A DNA stretch of 64,000 nucleotides from the human T2T-CHM13v2.0 reference genome, Homo sapiens. The notes under the pieces were generated by a model. That model made no database searches. It was not told the DNA's origin and was given only the letters and a program-made list of their open reading frames with translations. The first letter of the stretch is position 1. Each line of letters opens with the position of its first letter. The DNA lies in NCBI RefSeq assembly GCF_009914755.1, contig NC_060928.1. One strand, given 5' to 3'. The position numbers and the translations under genes are program-made. Shown piece after piece: positions 16,736-32,784 of this stretch.

Positions 16736-17040
16736 TTTTTTGGTTTGTTTTGTTTTTTGTTTTGTTTTGTTGTTTGTTTGTTTTGTGGCAGGGTCTCGCT
16801 CTGTCGCCCCGGCTGGAGTACAGTGGCACAATCTTGGCTCTCTGCAACCTTCACCTCAGCCTCCCGAGTAGCTGGGATTACAGGTGCCCACCACCATGCC
16901 CGGCTAATTTTTGTATTTTTAGTAGAGTTGGGGTTTCACCATGTTGCCCAGCCTGGTCTCAAACTCCTGGACTTAAGTGATCTGCCTGCCTCAGCCTCCC
17001 AAAGTGCTGGGATTACAGGCGTGAGCCACTGTGCCAGGCC
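16736..17040 (-). mobile_element. Alu with small internal deletion and (GTTTT)n tail
   Basis: Reverse Alu with degenerate TSD gagtac..ctttt on both sides. Confidence 0.92.
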
Positions 17041-17255
17041 AGAGTACTGCCACTTTTACTAAGAAATTGTTTCAATGCTTCAATTGGGATGTAGAGTTGG
17101 TGTGTGCCCCCAAATCAGTCTTGATCCCTTGATCCTTCTATGTTTACACTGATTATGTCTTTACTTAAAATTTTAATATTTTGTTCATCATAGATTCTCT
17201 GCATTCATTTTGATTTTTAAAAACATCATATTAATATGGTACTTATCATGATTAC

Positions 17256-17691
17256 TGTTGAGTTAAATTGTGTACCCCTCCTCCCACCAAATTCATATGT
17301 CAAAGTCCAAATCTCCAGCCCCTCAGATTGTGACCTTATTTGGAAATAGGGTGATCGCAGACATAAGTAATTAAATTGAGGTGATACTGGAGTAGGGTGA
17401 GCCCCTAACCCAATATGACTGACATCTTTATAAAAAAGTGAAATTTGGACACAGACACACCCATGGGGAGGATGCCATGTGAAGACTGAAGTTATGCTGC
17501 CACGAGCCAAGGAGCTACCAGAAGCCAGGAGAGACCGGGAGCAAATCTGTCCCTTGTACCTTCATGGGAGCACGGCCCTGCCAGCCCTGTGATCTTGGAC
17601 CTCTGCCCTCTAAAACTGAGATAATACATTTTTGTGTTTAAGCCACTTCATTTTGGCACTTGGTTCTGGCAGGCCCCAACAAACTAATGCA
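17256..17691. mobile_element. MLT1 (ERVL-MaLR) solo LTR
   Basis: TG...CA ends and diagnostic motifs tgtgaccttatttggaaatagggt, ccaatatgactg, gatgccatgtgaagac, gagccaagga. Confidence 0.85.
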
Positions 17692-18449
17692 ATCCCTGAG
17701 CTTTCTGGCACCCCCTTAAGTTTTAGGCTCACTTGCCTCACCCCGGCCCCAGCCCTGGATCATTCTGTGGCCACTCTTTCTCCCATTCACTCATATCAGC
17801 CTCTAGATCTCTGGGATTGAAGAGGAAAGGAAACTCTTACAAAGAAAATGAAAAGGAGCCTATGAAATTCAACCAGTGGTCGAAAATGTCCTGGAGCTGG
17901 ACGTGGGTTTCAGGGGAGAGAGAGGAAGCTCTTATTTTAAACTTCATGTCCTGAAACAAAAACCTTTAATTTCTGGCCAGAGCCCATTTCACAGAACATG
18001 GAGATCTGATCTCCAAAGCTGACTCAGATCATCTGTTTCTCCAAAGACAGCTCCCAGGCTTCACTGTCCTTGAACTTTTCAGAGAAGATCTCCTAGCCAC
18101 CTGTTATATAACAACACTCCTATGTGTTGAACGCCTTCTGGCTGATCTGAATCTACCTCGGTGCTCTTGAAGACATGTGCTCTCTCCCTAGGCCTCAGCC
18201 GCTATGTTTCAATGCAGCTATTAAGCCACCCGCACCCTCTCTTTGCAGGCTAATAACACTTCTTTAGCCTTTCTATAAAACTCTAATCCTTTAATCCAGC
18301 CATGAAAATAAGAATTGTTCTATATGCCCAGAGCCTAAAAGAAATCAGATGGACTCAAGTGAAAACAGGAATTTTTTTTTAATTTTTTTTAGTTTTTTAA
18401 TGCAGATTCTGATTTAGAAGCTCTGGAGCAAAGCCCAAGATTCTGCATT

Positions 18450-18767
18450 TCTTTTCTTATCTTTTCGTTTTTTTTTTTTTGTTAAGATAGAGTATCACTG
18501 TCACCTAGGCTGGAGTGCTGTGGTGGGATCTTGGCTTACTGCAACCTCCAACTCTCAGGTTCAAGCAATTCTCGTGCCTCAGCCTTAAGTAGCTGGGATT
18601 ACAGGTGCGCACCACCATGACCAGCTAATTTTTTTATTTTTAGTAGAGATGGGGGTTTCACTATGTTGACCAGGCTGGTCTTGAACTCCTTGCCTCATGT
18701 GATTCACCCACCTTGGCTCCTGAAGTGCTGGGATTACAGGTGTGAACCACCTGTAAAATGCCGGGCC
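18450..18767 (-). mobile_element. Alu
   Basis: Reverse dimeric Alu consensus with T-rich tail. Confidence 0.92.
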
Positions 18768-19044
18768 AAGAGTTTATTTATTTTTTTTAAGTAGCATATA
18801 TGGCCCTCTATTTCTGTGTCTGCCCCTCTTTGCTTCCCTTTCGTTAATAATCAGCATACAAGAGAATTTGGGTTGTGCGGGACTCTGCGTATCCCCAGCC
18901 TGTTTGGAGAGGCAGCATTCTGCCTGCTGCAGTGAAATAACAGACTCGAAGAATAAAACACTCCTCATCCCAGACAAAGTGCCTAAAAGTTCTGATGCAT
19001 TTTTTAAAATTATACATGCGAAATTGGTTAATTTTTATTTCTGA

Positions 19045-19349
<305 letters not shown>

Positions 19350-19375
19350 TACACTTGTTCTTAAGCCTTCAATTT

Positions 19376-19528
19376 CAGATGTTCTTTGACATACAATGGG
19401 ATTACATCCTAATAAACTCATTGTAAGTTGAAGGTATCATTAGTACAAAATGCATTTATTACCCCAATAAACCCACTGTAAAGTCAAAAAATTGCAAATC
19501 AAATCATCATTGGGTCAGAGACCACCTA
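19376..19528. mobile_element. TcMar-Tigger-like MITE fragment (MER47-like)
   Basis: cagatg..gacatacaatgggattacatcctaataaac..gtaagttgaa resembles Tigger-family ends. Internal aataaac(t/c)ca(t/c)tgtaa repeat. Confidence 0.6.
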
Positions 19529-20174
19529 TATACATATATTATCTAGCTATGGCAAGGTATCCTGAATTCCTAATGAAGGTTGCCCCATGGTTCTGACACT
19601 ATAAAACCCACGATTATACGTGGATGTAGAAGTAAATTAAAAAATTATGAAACACAGGCAGGAAACTCAGTTCTTAGTTTCTGTAACTCTTGTAGAGAAT
19701 GGTTATATAAAGATGAAAAGTGACACCAATATCAATAGTTGCATACATTTCAAATCCAGATTATAAACATAAATATGAAGACTGTCTGCTTTTATGTCTT
19801 ATATGAGGCCAAAGTTACCAACCATTCTCAATAAGCAACACTAATACTTTGATTTATTTTTCAGAATCCTTCATAGAAGATAATTTTCAAAGAAAATGAA
19901 CTATAAAGTGCCATGAAAGGAAGAATTTACAATGAGATCTGGAGAGAGGACTAGTTTTTCTTGCTCAGAAAAAAAGGTTGTGGGGGAAGCAGAAAGAGTT
20001 TGTGCATGGTAGGAAAAAAAAAGTACAAAGACTAGCTACAGGGCAGAGAATAATCCATGCTTGGAAAAGCTGAATGAAGAGATGTGGAATAACATTAGGG
20101 CTGAGGGCTAAAGTATGAAGATTCCTTAACTCGCATGCAGGCAAATTTTGAATAAAAAGAAAAATCGCACTTAC

Positions 20175-20233
20175 CTAATGGTCTGATTGTGGTAGCTTTT
20201 CAAATCCTGTCCAATGCTAGTGGTTACTACTAT
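20175..20233 (-). CDS. SEL1L3: SEL1L3 coding exon 6 (59 nt, [20 protein letters not shown])
   Basis: Acceptor catag|ATA and donor AG|GTAAGT. Cumulative 1157 nt. Too short for the ORF track, so read directly from the sequence. Confidence 0.93.
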
Positions 20234-21569
20234 CTATGATGGGAGGGATACACAAGAATCAGTTATGCCTCATCACCCTACATTACCTATGCAGTCCTTT
20301 GTGTAAATTACTCATGATATGTGTTGGAGAGTCTTTTACCTGATCAGTTTCTGCAAAAATAAAATTAACAGTTTACTAGCCCTGTGCATATTTTAAGATT
20401 TCATACATTTAACTTCCCCAAATGTGACTTGATGTGATTAAAAATATCTACAATGCAGTTTCCACCAAGTTTCAGATACTTCCAAACTCCAAGCCAAAGG
20501 CTCATTTGATGTATTTGTCCTTAAACGCTTGTTGTGTAGAAAGACAAGGAAATATGTATGACACTACAAGGAGTGTTTAAAATCTTGCTCTGATTCCATC
20601 AGAGCCTTAGGGGGAAAACAAGATTGGTGTTGTATGTTCTTCACACACTGCTGTTCCCACCTCCCTTTCCCTAAGCACTGGGAATCATCATTCTCATTTT
20701 AACAGGGACACTATTTTTTGTCATGAATGCTGTTAGCTGTCTCATATGGGCTCTTCTCATGTCTTGGACTCCAACATAATAAGCCTCTCGACTCAAGGGG
20801 CCACTTACATTCTGCTAGTGCCACCACAGAGTAAGTGTTAGGGCGTGTCTCAAAGACGTGGCTACGACACTTGGTCTATGAAAGACAAACTAACCCACCA
20901 GAAACCAACCCAATTCAGCCATACAACATGTTGGTTCAGAAAAGAAAATGTCTCACGCCAGTTGTTTGCCTAAACCAACCATTTAAGTCACTTATACATT
21001 CAGTCAAGGCAGACTATGCTAGTCCCATCACAGAGGTGGATTTTGGGTGGGAAGCATTATGTGTTGTTTGGGACCTGTATATATTAGACCAGATAGAATA
21101 GAAAGAAGAAGGACAAATGGGCTAAAGTCTACACACACCAAAAAAAATTTTTTGCCCCCACTTATCTGGTCTTTCTAATTCTCTCCTGCTTTACTCAACT
21201 ATGTACTCCACCACTAAGTTTATCTCCTTCATTAAAGGACTACTTTTAATCTTCTGCTCAAAAATCTTCTATGGTGCTTTGCAAGTTGATGTCTAAACTC
21301 CCTGATATCCAAGATTCTCTGCATTCTACTCCTAAATACGTATTTTCCCTTCTATTAGCTTTCTATAGTCCATAAATTTTTACTCCAGTCAAACTAGTTT
21401 GTCTGCTAACCCCCAATAACATGCTGAAATACCCTCTTCTCCGTTCTCCATCTAAATCCTGTCCAACCAGAGAAATCTTCTCATGATACCTCCCCTAAGC
21501 ATTCCAGCATAAAATGCTATCTCCCTTCTAGGAATCAATACAAATCATCTGGCAATTAATTATTTTTAA

Positions 21570-21892
<323 letters not shown>

Positions 21893-22873
21893 ATCATCTG
21901 GCAACTAAGCTCGCTTTGTGACAGTCCTTTACCTGCTTAATGTTACTTCCACAAATAGTCTACAAGCAACTCGAGCATAGTGCCTTGCATACAGTAGGTG
22001 CAAAATAAGATCTGTGAATCTGCACTGATGATTTGTTGTCTCAGGGACAACAGCACTGAGCTGACCTTCTCCGTAAGAGAAAGCATCAACCAAGCTATTA
22101 TGGCCATCATAATTCTCACATACATAGGAAGCTAAAATGTGGACCACCGCTATGTCACTGAACATTTTTAAGTAAACAAACACACATACTAAGAATCCCA
22201 GCTAACATTTTACAGACTCTTCTCAGGAAAGCAGCAAGGACTGACCTGATTTCTTTTCTCTTACAGAAAAAGGAAATGTGATCAACCTAAACACCAAGGG
22301 AAGACTGTGCATCATCTCATCCACAAGACAAACAAAATGCCTCTTCCAGTTTTGTTACAGGAAAAATCACAGATCAATAAGAAAAGCTGATGAGAAAACA
22401 AAGCAACCAGAAAAAGGTGGCAAACCCACACTGTGTATATTGAGAAATAGAACTGTCTTCAATTAGAACAACAGATTTGCCATAATCCATAAAATTCATG
22501 TTATGAGAGTTTGAAGCAGTTATGTACAATGTTTTATACTACAAAGTAGATAAAGACCCTCCATCCCACCTGAATTATCACTTATGTGTGTTGGTTATTA
22601 TGGTCTGTTTAATGCCAAACATAAGCAATTGCTTCACTTGCCAAAAGCAGTCAAATCATTTCTTGGCTGAACTAACCAATCCATTTCCTTAAAAAAAAAG
22701 TTGTAGATCTGATTACACTATATAAACATGGCCAATATTGTTTTAACATTTATCTCCACAAAGCCTATCTCCCCAGGAGAAAAGGACTGACTTGCTCAGA
22801 TCAGTATGGCTGTAGAGCTGCCTGTATGCTTTATTCATTCACCCTACAGTCAAAAGCAGCACTTTAAAAGTTA

Positions 22874-23245
<372 letters not shown>

Positions 23246-23495
23246 CTAGGCCTTTTCAACAATTGTCCTAAGAAGCTACAATACTCCACGAAAACAAAGC
23301 AAAACCCAAACACGCATTTATAAATGCATTTCTTTGTAAATAAGACATTGGGTTTAAGCTTCTGGGAAAGAAGTTAAATTTGAAGCCCACATTTGGAAGT
23401 CATTGCTCTTGCTGGGCTGCCATGTTGACAGGATCTTCCTTATTCTAGACAGACATATCTGTCACTAGGCAGAGCATTACAAAATTACAATATCA

Positions 23496-23765
<270 letters not shown>

Positions 23766-25269
23766 TCATCATGGGAGATCAGCTTGCAAAGCTTGATTTT
23801 TGAAACAAAGGAGGTAGTTAAAGTAACTGCAAAAGACAGGAGTTAAGCTTCATTGTACAAAACTAGCAGACTTTCTACCTTGCACCAAAAACTCTGTTTC
23901 TCTGCCTCTTTGAGAATCTCACATGCCTGCTATTTGAATTCTTGATTAAGGCTTACAAAGTCAGACATAGATTAAAAAAATCTGGATTTTAATAAGAGGT
24001 GATATGATAAGAAGCTATTTTAATTTCTATGTTAAAAGAAAAAACATAATTAGAGCCTTTTGAGCAATTTTGTTCCTTTCACAGATAAAAGCCATAAGGT
24101 AGAAAAATGTAATCATCTACAAATGGCATCACTATGTGATAATAGGGACACATATATGCTATTTTCATGCTCAGATTAGGTTATTCAGTATCACGGTCCT
24201 GGCTGACCAATACGGAACAATTAATCTAATTATCCCATTCCTGGACTGGGGCTATTTTAGTCGAAAAAAATATTGTACATCTGTGACTTGTAGAGTGAGG
24301 ATAAAATACCAGTAGCCAACTTAACCAGGACACATTTAGCCAAGATATGTGATCCATCAATCATTCAGAAAAGACTTACTGAACACCCCTTGATACCGCA
24401 CACAATGCTACTGACCAGTAGTTCAAAGATGAGGAAGTGGGAATGATTACATTTTGTATGTGAAACATGGATCAAGGTCAAAATGAATGCATTGATTTCT
24501 CTTCATTTACCCCAGTAACCAATTTACAGTTTGGGTTAAAGTGACAGTGGCCCCAGGTTCTTTGCAGATACACACAAGTCCTTTCTGGTCTTTATAATCT
24601 GGCCTCAAAATCAGTGGTATGATATGCAAACAGATGGTGCCACACAGCTCCCTCCTGACCCACCCAGCTGAGCAAGCTCATGAAGATAAGTTATTACAAG
24701 GAAGCTTAGCAAGAACATACGCTCGGTAAAGTGACTCAAGATCTTTCTACAGCCAGCAGCATGGGAAGAATTAAATCACTCTGCTAAATCCATCTGGTAT
24801 GAGGTGAACCAGGAACCATTTTCAGCATCTTCAATTCAGCAGAAGGAAAAAAAATACATATATCTGGGTCTTGCTGAAATCAATGGAGGAGATCAGAAGT
24901 TGTGAGATTTCAAACAGCTCGTCCAATCTTCCACGACAGAAAGGCAAAGCCAAGGCTGCAATGTGTGCTGGCTTTGGCTGGCTGCACCTGAGACCTTGCA
25001 GGGCCTCAGGCTTCAACACCTTGCTGTCTACTCGTTGTCATGTAAGGAGGCTAAGGCAAATTGAGGATTGTTAAATGCCAAGAATAATTCAAGACTCATT
25101 TGAGGTTTTCAGGTCCACCAATTCTGTCTAAGCCATGGAAATCTCAACATTTTTGCAAAACACCTTACCAAGAAGGTGTGTCTTCCTAAGGAATTCTTCC
25201 ACTAGCCTGCTCTGGTCCTCAAATAAAACAAGCACCGCCCGATCAGCTCCCTTCTGCTACCCATCCTTA

Positions 25270-25422
<153 letters not shown>

Positions 25423-25539
25423 TCAATTATATCCAGAAAAACATTCCTTCCCAAACCACATTCATCCTGAAAGCCTCTGCTGAGCTCCAATCAAACATTT
25501 AAGTGAGATACCCTAAAAATATTAGCAAACATCTGTTGA

Positions 25540-26115
25540 ATAAATGCCAAGCACCATGCTAAGCACTTTACAGAGACCATGTCAATTACTTTTCATAACA
25601 ACTCTGTGAAGTAGATTCTATTATTAGTTCCATTCTACAGATGAAAAGCCCGAGGCTAAGTTCACAAAGTTAATAAGTGATAGAACCACAATTCAGGTTC
25701 TGAACTCAGGCTTCTGTGTTCATAATCATTTCACATCTTGCCCTCTGAATGCTAAGAAAAGTATCTGAATTTGTGTTACAACAGTAAGTTAACACTTCTG
25801 TAGTTCTCACTATGGTCCTGACATTTCTGTAAATGTGCTACATAAATTTGTTCATTTCATTTTCATTATTATCCCCAGTCTACAGATGAGAAAACAGAGG
25901 CACGGTTGCCAAAATAGTAAGTAATATTTAGTGTACACCGGCAATATGCTAAGCCCAATTCAGGGATAATCTCACTTCATTTCACAACAAACTATGAAAT
26001 AGGTTCTTTTATTATCCTCATTTAACAGATCGAAAACTGAGCATCAGAGAGGGTTAAATAAGAGATGGAGCTGGGATTCAAACTCAGGCTCTTTGGTTTC
26101 AGAATCCATACTCTT
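25540..26115. mobile_element. Cluster of MIR fragments
   Basis: Three MIR-core-like motifs: cattctacagatgaaaa, ctacagatgagaaaacagaggcac and catttaacagatcgaaaactgag. Confidence 0.7.
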
Positions 26116-26413
26116 AAAATTGCAGTTTTTTTTCTTCTGTGCAAACTTTCCACAGTAAATTCAACATACTACCCTACATAAAAATTACTAACCATATACC
26201 TTAACATTGGAAAGTCTTCCATTTTATTTCACAAACACGAAAGAATTCTTCTCTATAGCTCTAAAAAGCATAGGGATGTTCACAACAAATCTTAAAGGGA
26301 GAACTGAGTTATTTCATCTATACTTAATACCTAACACTTTCAACAAGCCTAAGTATGAATTTTTGGTTTTCCCTATTCTCCCCAACTAAAGAAAAGAGAA
26401 TCCACTTAACTCA

Positions 26414-26776
<363 letters not shown>

Positions 26777-27825
26777 TCATGATTAAATGGTGGGAACAGT
26801 CTATTTTCCTGGGCCTCTTGGAGAGAGAAGAGTTGATTTATGTGCAATCCATCAAACACCAATATCGGCACAAATTATGGGGGCTTCAGCTTAGGATGCT
26901 GGACATCCCAGCTCTCATTTCCCAAAGGAAATAAAAAGTTTTATTATATAGAGAGGTACCTCTGGTTTACTACAATTCGGAAATCGTAAGAGCAGTTTTT
27001 AGAATCACAGGCCCTTGTGTATTTTAATAAGATTAAATAAGCCAATTTCTCCCCAGTAGCCACAAATCTTCATGGTTTGTTACAAGTAGAGATGCATTTG
27101 GAAATCCAAAAGAGTGGAGTTATCAATTTCAACAGAAGCACTTGAAACCCTTTGTTTTTTCAATTTGAGCTCAATTTGGGCCCACTGGACTTGCTGGTCT
27201 ATGACGGGGGTGGTGAGAGGGGTGAGAAATGGAAGTACTGCAAAGGTTTTCTTTGGAATCTGAAGGAAAAATTCACCAAGGAAGTTGACATCAGCTCAAC
27301 TTTGGTTTGGCTTCCACTATGTTGAGTGGAGCAGAAGAGACCAGATGGCCACGTTAGACCCCTAGGAAGCCTTCTGCTGGTGATGGCTGTTGAGTGATCT
27401 AGTGTGCAGTGGAAACATTTGTCAAAACAAATGGGATTCAATTCTGCCCAACCTGACTCCAATTAAAAAAAAAAGCTTCATAAAGGAGGTTTCTAAAGTG
27501 GAAAGAGTTAAACGTGAATGACAATGAGCTCTTCCCTGTCCAAAGACCAAAATAAAGCAGGTCAAACGGGAGAACTTGCCGCAATAGATTATGAAGGAAA
27601 AAGCTCAGCCCCAAAGATCTAAAATAATTTTACAAGAACACATACCGTTTGTACCCAACAAAACCAAAGTAATGGTAGTTTTCTTTCAAATCTGTAGCTT
27701 TGCGATGTGTATAATTTGGATTCCTAGTGCAGTTTGCCCTCAGTATGATACTGTCTTTTGATTACAATTAGAGGTAATGAACAAGAATTAATTTTGGAGC
27801 AGGAGAAGACTTTAAAATTCATCTG

Positions 27826-27864
27826 AATAACATATAGGATATGTTATTTATCCTATATGTTATT
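27826..27864. repeat. Perfect 16-bp inverted repeat with 7-nt spacer
   Basis: aataacatataggata (27826-27841) and tatcctatatgttatt (27849-27864). Confidence 0.92.
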
Positions 27865-28959
27865 TATCAGGATAACATATAGATCTATTGTCTAATAACT
27901 GGTTATGGCTGAGTGCAATGCTATAATTGACTAGTGATGTCTTGTCATGGGCAGTGGAATGGGTAGCAACAATACCAGTGCCATCCACCACTAAATAATT
28001 TACAGGTAGGAAAACTTAGGTCCAAAGAAGTTTACTGCTTTGCCTCTAGGATGTACTCATTAAAGCAGGGGCCTTACTTATTCACTATTCCATCCCCAGA
28101 ATCTAGAACAGTGTGCAGTACTTGATAAAGACCCCATAAATATTTGATGAATGAATGAATATAGGTGTGGCCAAGTCAGGATTTGAACCTGTCTCCCTTC
28201 CTCCTAGTACTGTCCACAATTCTGTAATGTGCACCACACTGCGTAAGCCAAAGAATGACCTTTCTTCTTTCAAATCCTTTCCCCACATTCATTTCTTTAG
28301 CTTATTTTGCATGAAGAGCTTAGGTTAAACAAACAAACAAACAAAGACACCATTAAGACATAAACATAGAATGCCAGGAAAACAGTTGATGTTAGGAACC
28401 CTTTGCTGTTTTGCTTGTATTATTTCCTCAAATTTTAGAGCAAGAAGAGGCAACAGATATTATATGGTGCAAACCCCTCCATTTGGAGACAAGAAAAGTG
28501 TGAGTGTCTTATTGAAGATTTCATAGCTAGAAGAAGCTCTAATATGACTCAAACCTGGCCTCCCCACTGCAAACCAATGGGCTTTTCTTCTCACAAGTCC
28601 TCCCAGAGAGAACCTCGGCTGATATTCAGTGGGCATGACCTGTGCGGATATACTGGTTGCTAAAACACTGAAATATTTCTATTTTGGTTTGATAATTGAT
28701 GTCACCTTGAACCTCCAAGGCCCCGCCACCCACCCTGGCCCCTCCTTCAAGTTAGAGCCTGGCCCAACAGCGGCCTCTGGAGCCGGCTTCAGCACTAAGG
28801 CTAGCACCCACTGGAGTTCACCGAGGCCCCCACCCCTCACTGGTTGTTAAATATGTTAAATCTCATCCCTGGGTCAGGTGGGGTTAAGGGACGATTATGT
28901 AGCCCATTCTCTGGTTCAGCTGAGTGATCAGAACCCTGACACAGATCCCTTGCTTGGGA

Positions 28960-29003
28960 AAAGGTAACACTTCCACGTAACAAAGGTAACACTTCTGTGT
29001 AAC
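28960..29003. repeat. 22-bp tandem duplication
   Basis: aaaggtaacacttc(cac/tgt)gtaac occurs twice. Confidence 0.85.
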
Positions 29004-29399
29004 AAAACCCCACTCCAGATGTGCTTCGAACACACAGCAATGAAGCCACTGAGATCATCAGCCCACCTTCAGAGAAGCTGAAGATGGTCTCAATGCAAGG
29101 AATCACAATGACTACAAGTCTGTAAGCAAAATCTGCGGGGAAAGAAGCGAAGATTTCTCAACCTGGAGAAATAAAGCCAGAGCACAGGCAGCTCAATAAT
29201 GCTTTCCAAACACAGGACATTCAAAAGCCAGTGGCCAATAAGGTGTTTAATTTTCTTTAAAGCCAAAGTCTGAGAATAAAAACTCGATTTTCTAGCAGAT
29301 ATGATTTAGGTCAGAACTTCCTCCAGAAAGGATACTAGGCAGTGAAGCAGGTTCCTAAGGAAGTCTGTGGAACATTCGATGGCAGGAATCTTAAGAATA

Positions 29400-29875
29400 A
29401 AACCAGTTCTACTCCTAGTAATTTATCCTCCAAACATGCTTATGAGTGTGCACAGAGATACATGTACAGGGATGTTCAGTGAAGCCTTGTGGTTAAAAGC
29501 AACAGCATGATCATCAGCAAAAGATAGGTTAAATAAATTACGGTCTGTCAGGCGATGCAACGCTAAGGAGCTGTTGAAAAGAATGAGGTCGGCAGCATGT
29601 CCTGGTACAGAAAAATCTACTGTATTGTTAATGAGCGCAGGTCTGTTTCTAGAATCCTCTCATTTGTGCAGGAAGAAAACGGGACACAACTTAACGCTTG
29701 TATGTGCAGAGAACATTTCTAGAAGGAAACACAAGAAACTGTTGCTAATGAATTTACTTCTGGGAAAAGGACCAGAAGATTCGAGGGGGAGGGGTGTGGA
29801 AACTTACTCGTTCCCCTAAACCTTTTCACGCTATTTAAATTTTTTTATTGTTACCGTGTACACGTATTACTTTTT
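29400..29875 (+). mobile_element. Ancient L1 (L1ME-like) 3' fragment
   Basis: Degenerate L1 3' motifs (ttctactcctag, gatgttcagtgaagccttgt, ggttaaataaattacgg). Confidence 0.55.
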
Positions 29876-30962
29876 CGTCTACGAAAGAAAAGAACAAAAA
29901 AGCTCTGAGCACTTCCGGGCAGGCATATAGAAGGAGCCAGCTACATCCCAAGGCCTCCCCACCCTCGGCCTCCAAGTCTGCCCAATCCGCTTCAAAGACA
30001 CAAAGTCCAGTGGGTGAAGAAAACAGGATGATTCACATCGATAAAAATTCAACTTTAAAAAAAGTATTCTTTCTAATTTAGAACCTGGGTTAGGACTGTA
30101 TTAGCATATTTCAGAGAGGCGGCATAGCAAAGTCAAAAGAATCAGGAAGTCTGGACTCCAGTTAAACAAACTCCCTGAGCCTCGGTTTTCCTCTTTGTTA
30201 AAGAAAGGTTGAGAATAATACTGTCTTTCCCATGGTACTATTATGAGGATTAAATGAGACAATGTGTGTGAAAAAAGTGTTTCGAAAAATCATAAAGGGG
30301 AATGTAGATGCTAGGCATTAATTAGTGTTATTACTGAAAAATTCAGACTACCATGATTAACTGGAAAAAAAGGAACTAGGTCTGTTTTTTTTAATGCCAA
30401 ATATATAGTTTATAACTACTAAAAGTACTATCATGACATTGACTTGAATAGTCCTGCTGCATAAACCATTTTTTTTCACAAAGACAAGTCAAGGCTGGTT
30501 CCAACACTTGACTTAACTTTCAATCATTTTGTTGTAATGAAATTTTGTTATAAAAAATCATACTTCCAGTCCATTGGATCTGAAGATGAGAATGCATTTT
30601 TGAAACGAAAAGAGTGGAGAAGAAGAAAACTGCCATGTTGCCCCAGAGTTTCTTATTTAAGAGGGAAGATCAGAGAAGTGTTCATAAAGCTAAACATTAG
30701 GGCATTTAAGAACCTTCCAAGAGTGTTCCTAAACTGCTTATCCAGTCTTACTTCTTGAATTGCCCATGTCACACCTGAGATTATACCTTGGAAAATAAAC
30801 CACAGCAAGTGTGCTGCTAGTCCACATTTCCACTCCATGGCAGACAGTAACTGATGGACATGGCACTCTTTCTCAGTAAGTGCAGACTCATCCTCAGAAT
30901 CCTACTCAACACCATGCTCTAGGCAGCCACCCCCAAGCAACACAAGCTAGCCTGTGAGATGA

Positions 30963-31409
<447 letters not shown>

Positions 31410-31747
31410 CCTCCTTTTTGATCCATGAAAACTCTACACATCCTTCAAGTCTCTGTCAAAATGTCACCTCCTCTGAAGAAGCCACACAAAGTGCTTAACA
31501 CACACAGATTGCTCAGGAACTTTTTTTCAGTGAATGAATGACTTAAAATAAATAAATAGCTTCATGACATCACCTGGTAGTTTAGCCTAATGAATAAGTG
31601 TGGGGTTTGGGAACCAAACTATCCAGGTTCAAACTCCAGCATCTTCATTAATAGCTGTGCAAACTTAGACAAACTACTCTATCTCTCTGAGTCAGTTTTC
31701 TGTTTTCTCCTTGGTGGAATATTGGGCATATTAAATTAAATAACAGC

Positions 31748-32124
<377 letters not shown>

Positions 32125-32784
32125 CTATTGGTAGCCATGTTAAAGAGGGTGGCTTTGTCCTCATCTTTAAGCCTCCACACTCAGTAAAGAAATTGATACA
32201 TAGTAGGTGCTCAGTCAATCTTTGTTTAATTGAATGAATCATGATACGTGTCATAGGAGCAGTACCAACACAGCATTCTGATGGCCAGCATTTATGAAGT
32301 TAATTTCTGGTTGTGGAAATTAAAAAAAAAAAAACTCAACAAAACTTCAGGGTGGGGGCTAGAAAAGTGTTAGAAATTTGAGCAGGCTGTTGAAATAGGG
32401 GCATGATTTTGCCAAGCAGACATGGAAAGTGGCAGTGGGGGGCGGTGTTGCTTCGTGGGCAGGGGGAGTCGGGGCGGAACAGGAGCTATTCTAAGGAAAA
32501 GAAACTGCTTTAGCAAAGACATAGGGGTGGGGAATCAAAGACTTAAACCACAAAGGGGAAGCTGAGCTTACCTGTGGCTGCAAAGGAGAATCCCTGAACA
32601 GGAGGAGCCTGCAGCCTTAACTAGCGCAGCCCTGGTGGGTTTGTCTGGGAAGCTGTGGAGTGTGTGCAGTGGCCCTAGGGAAGGAGCACTGCCACCTCCA
32701 CCCCCACACCCTCCCTCATGTGGCAACACAGCCCTGCAAGGGTATCAGTGTGTGATGTTCACAAACTGTCCTTCCCTCTTGGTT

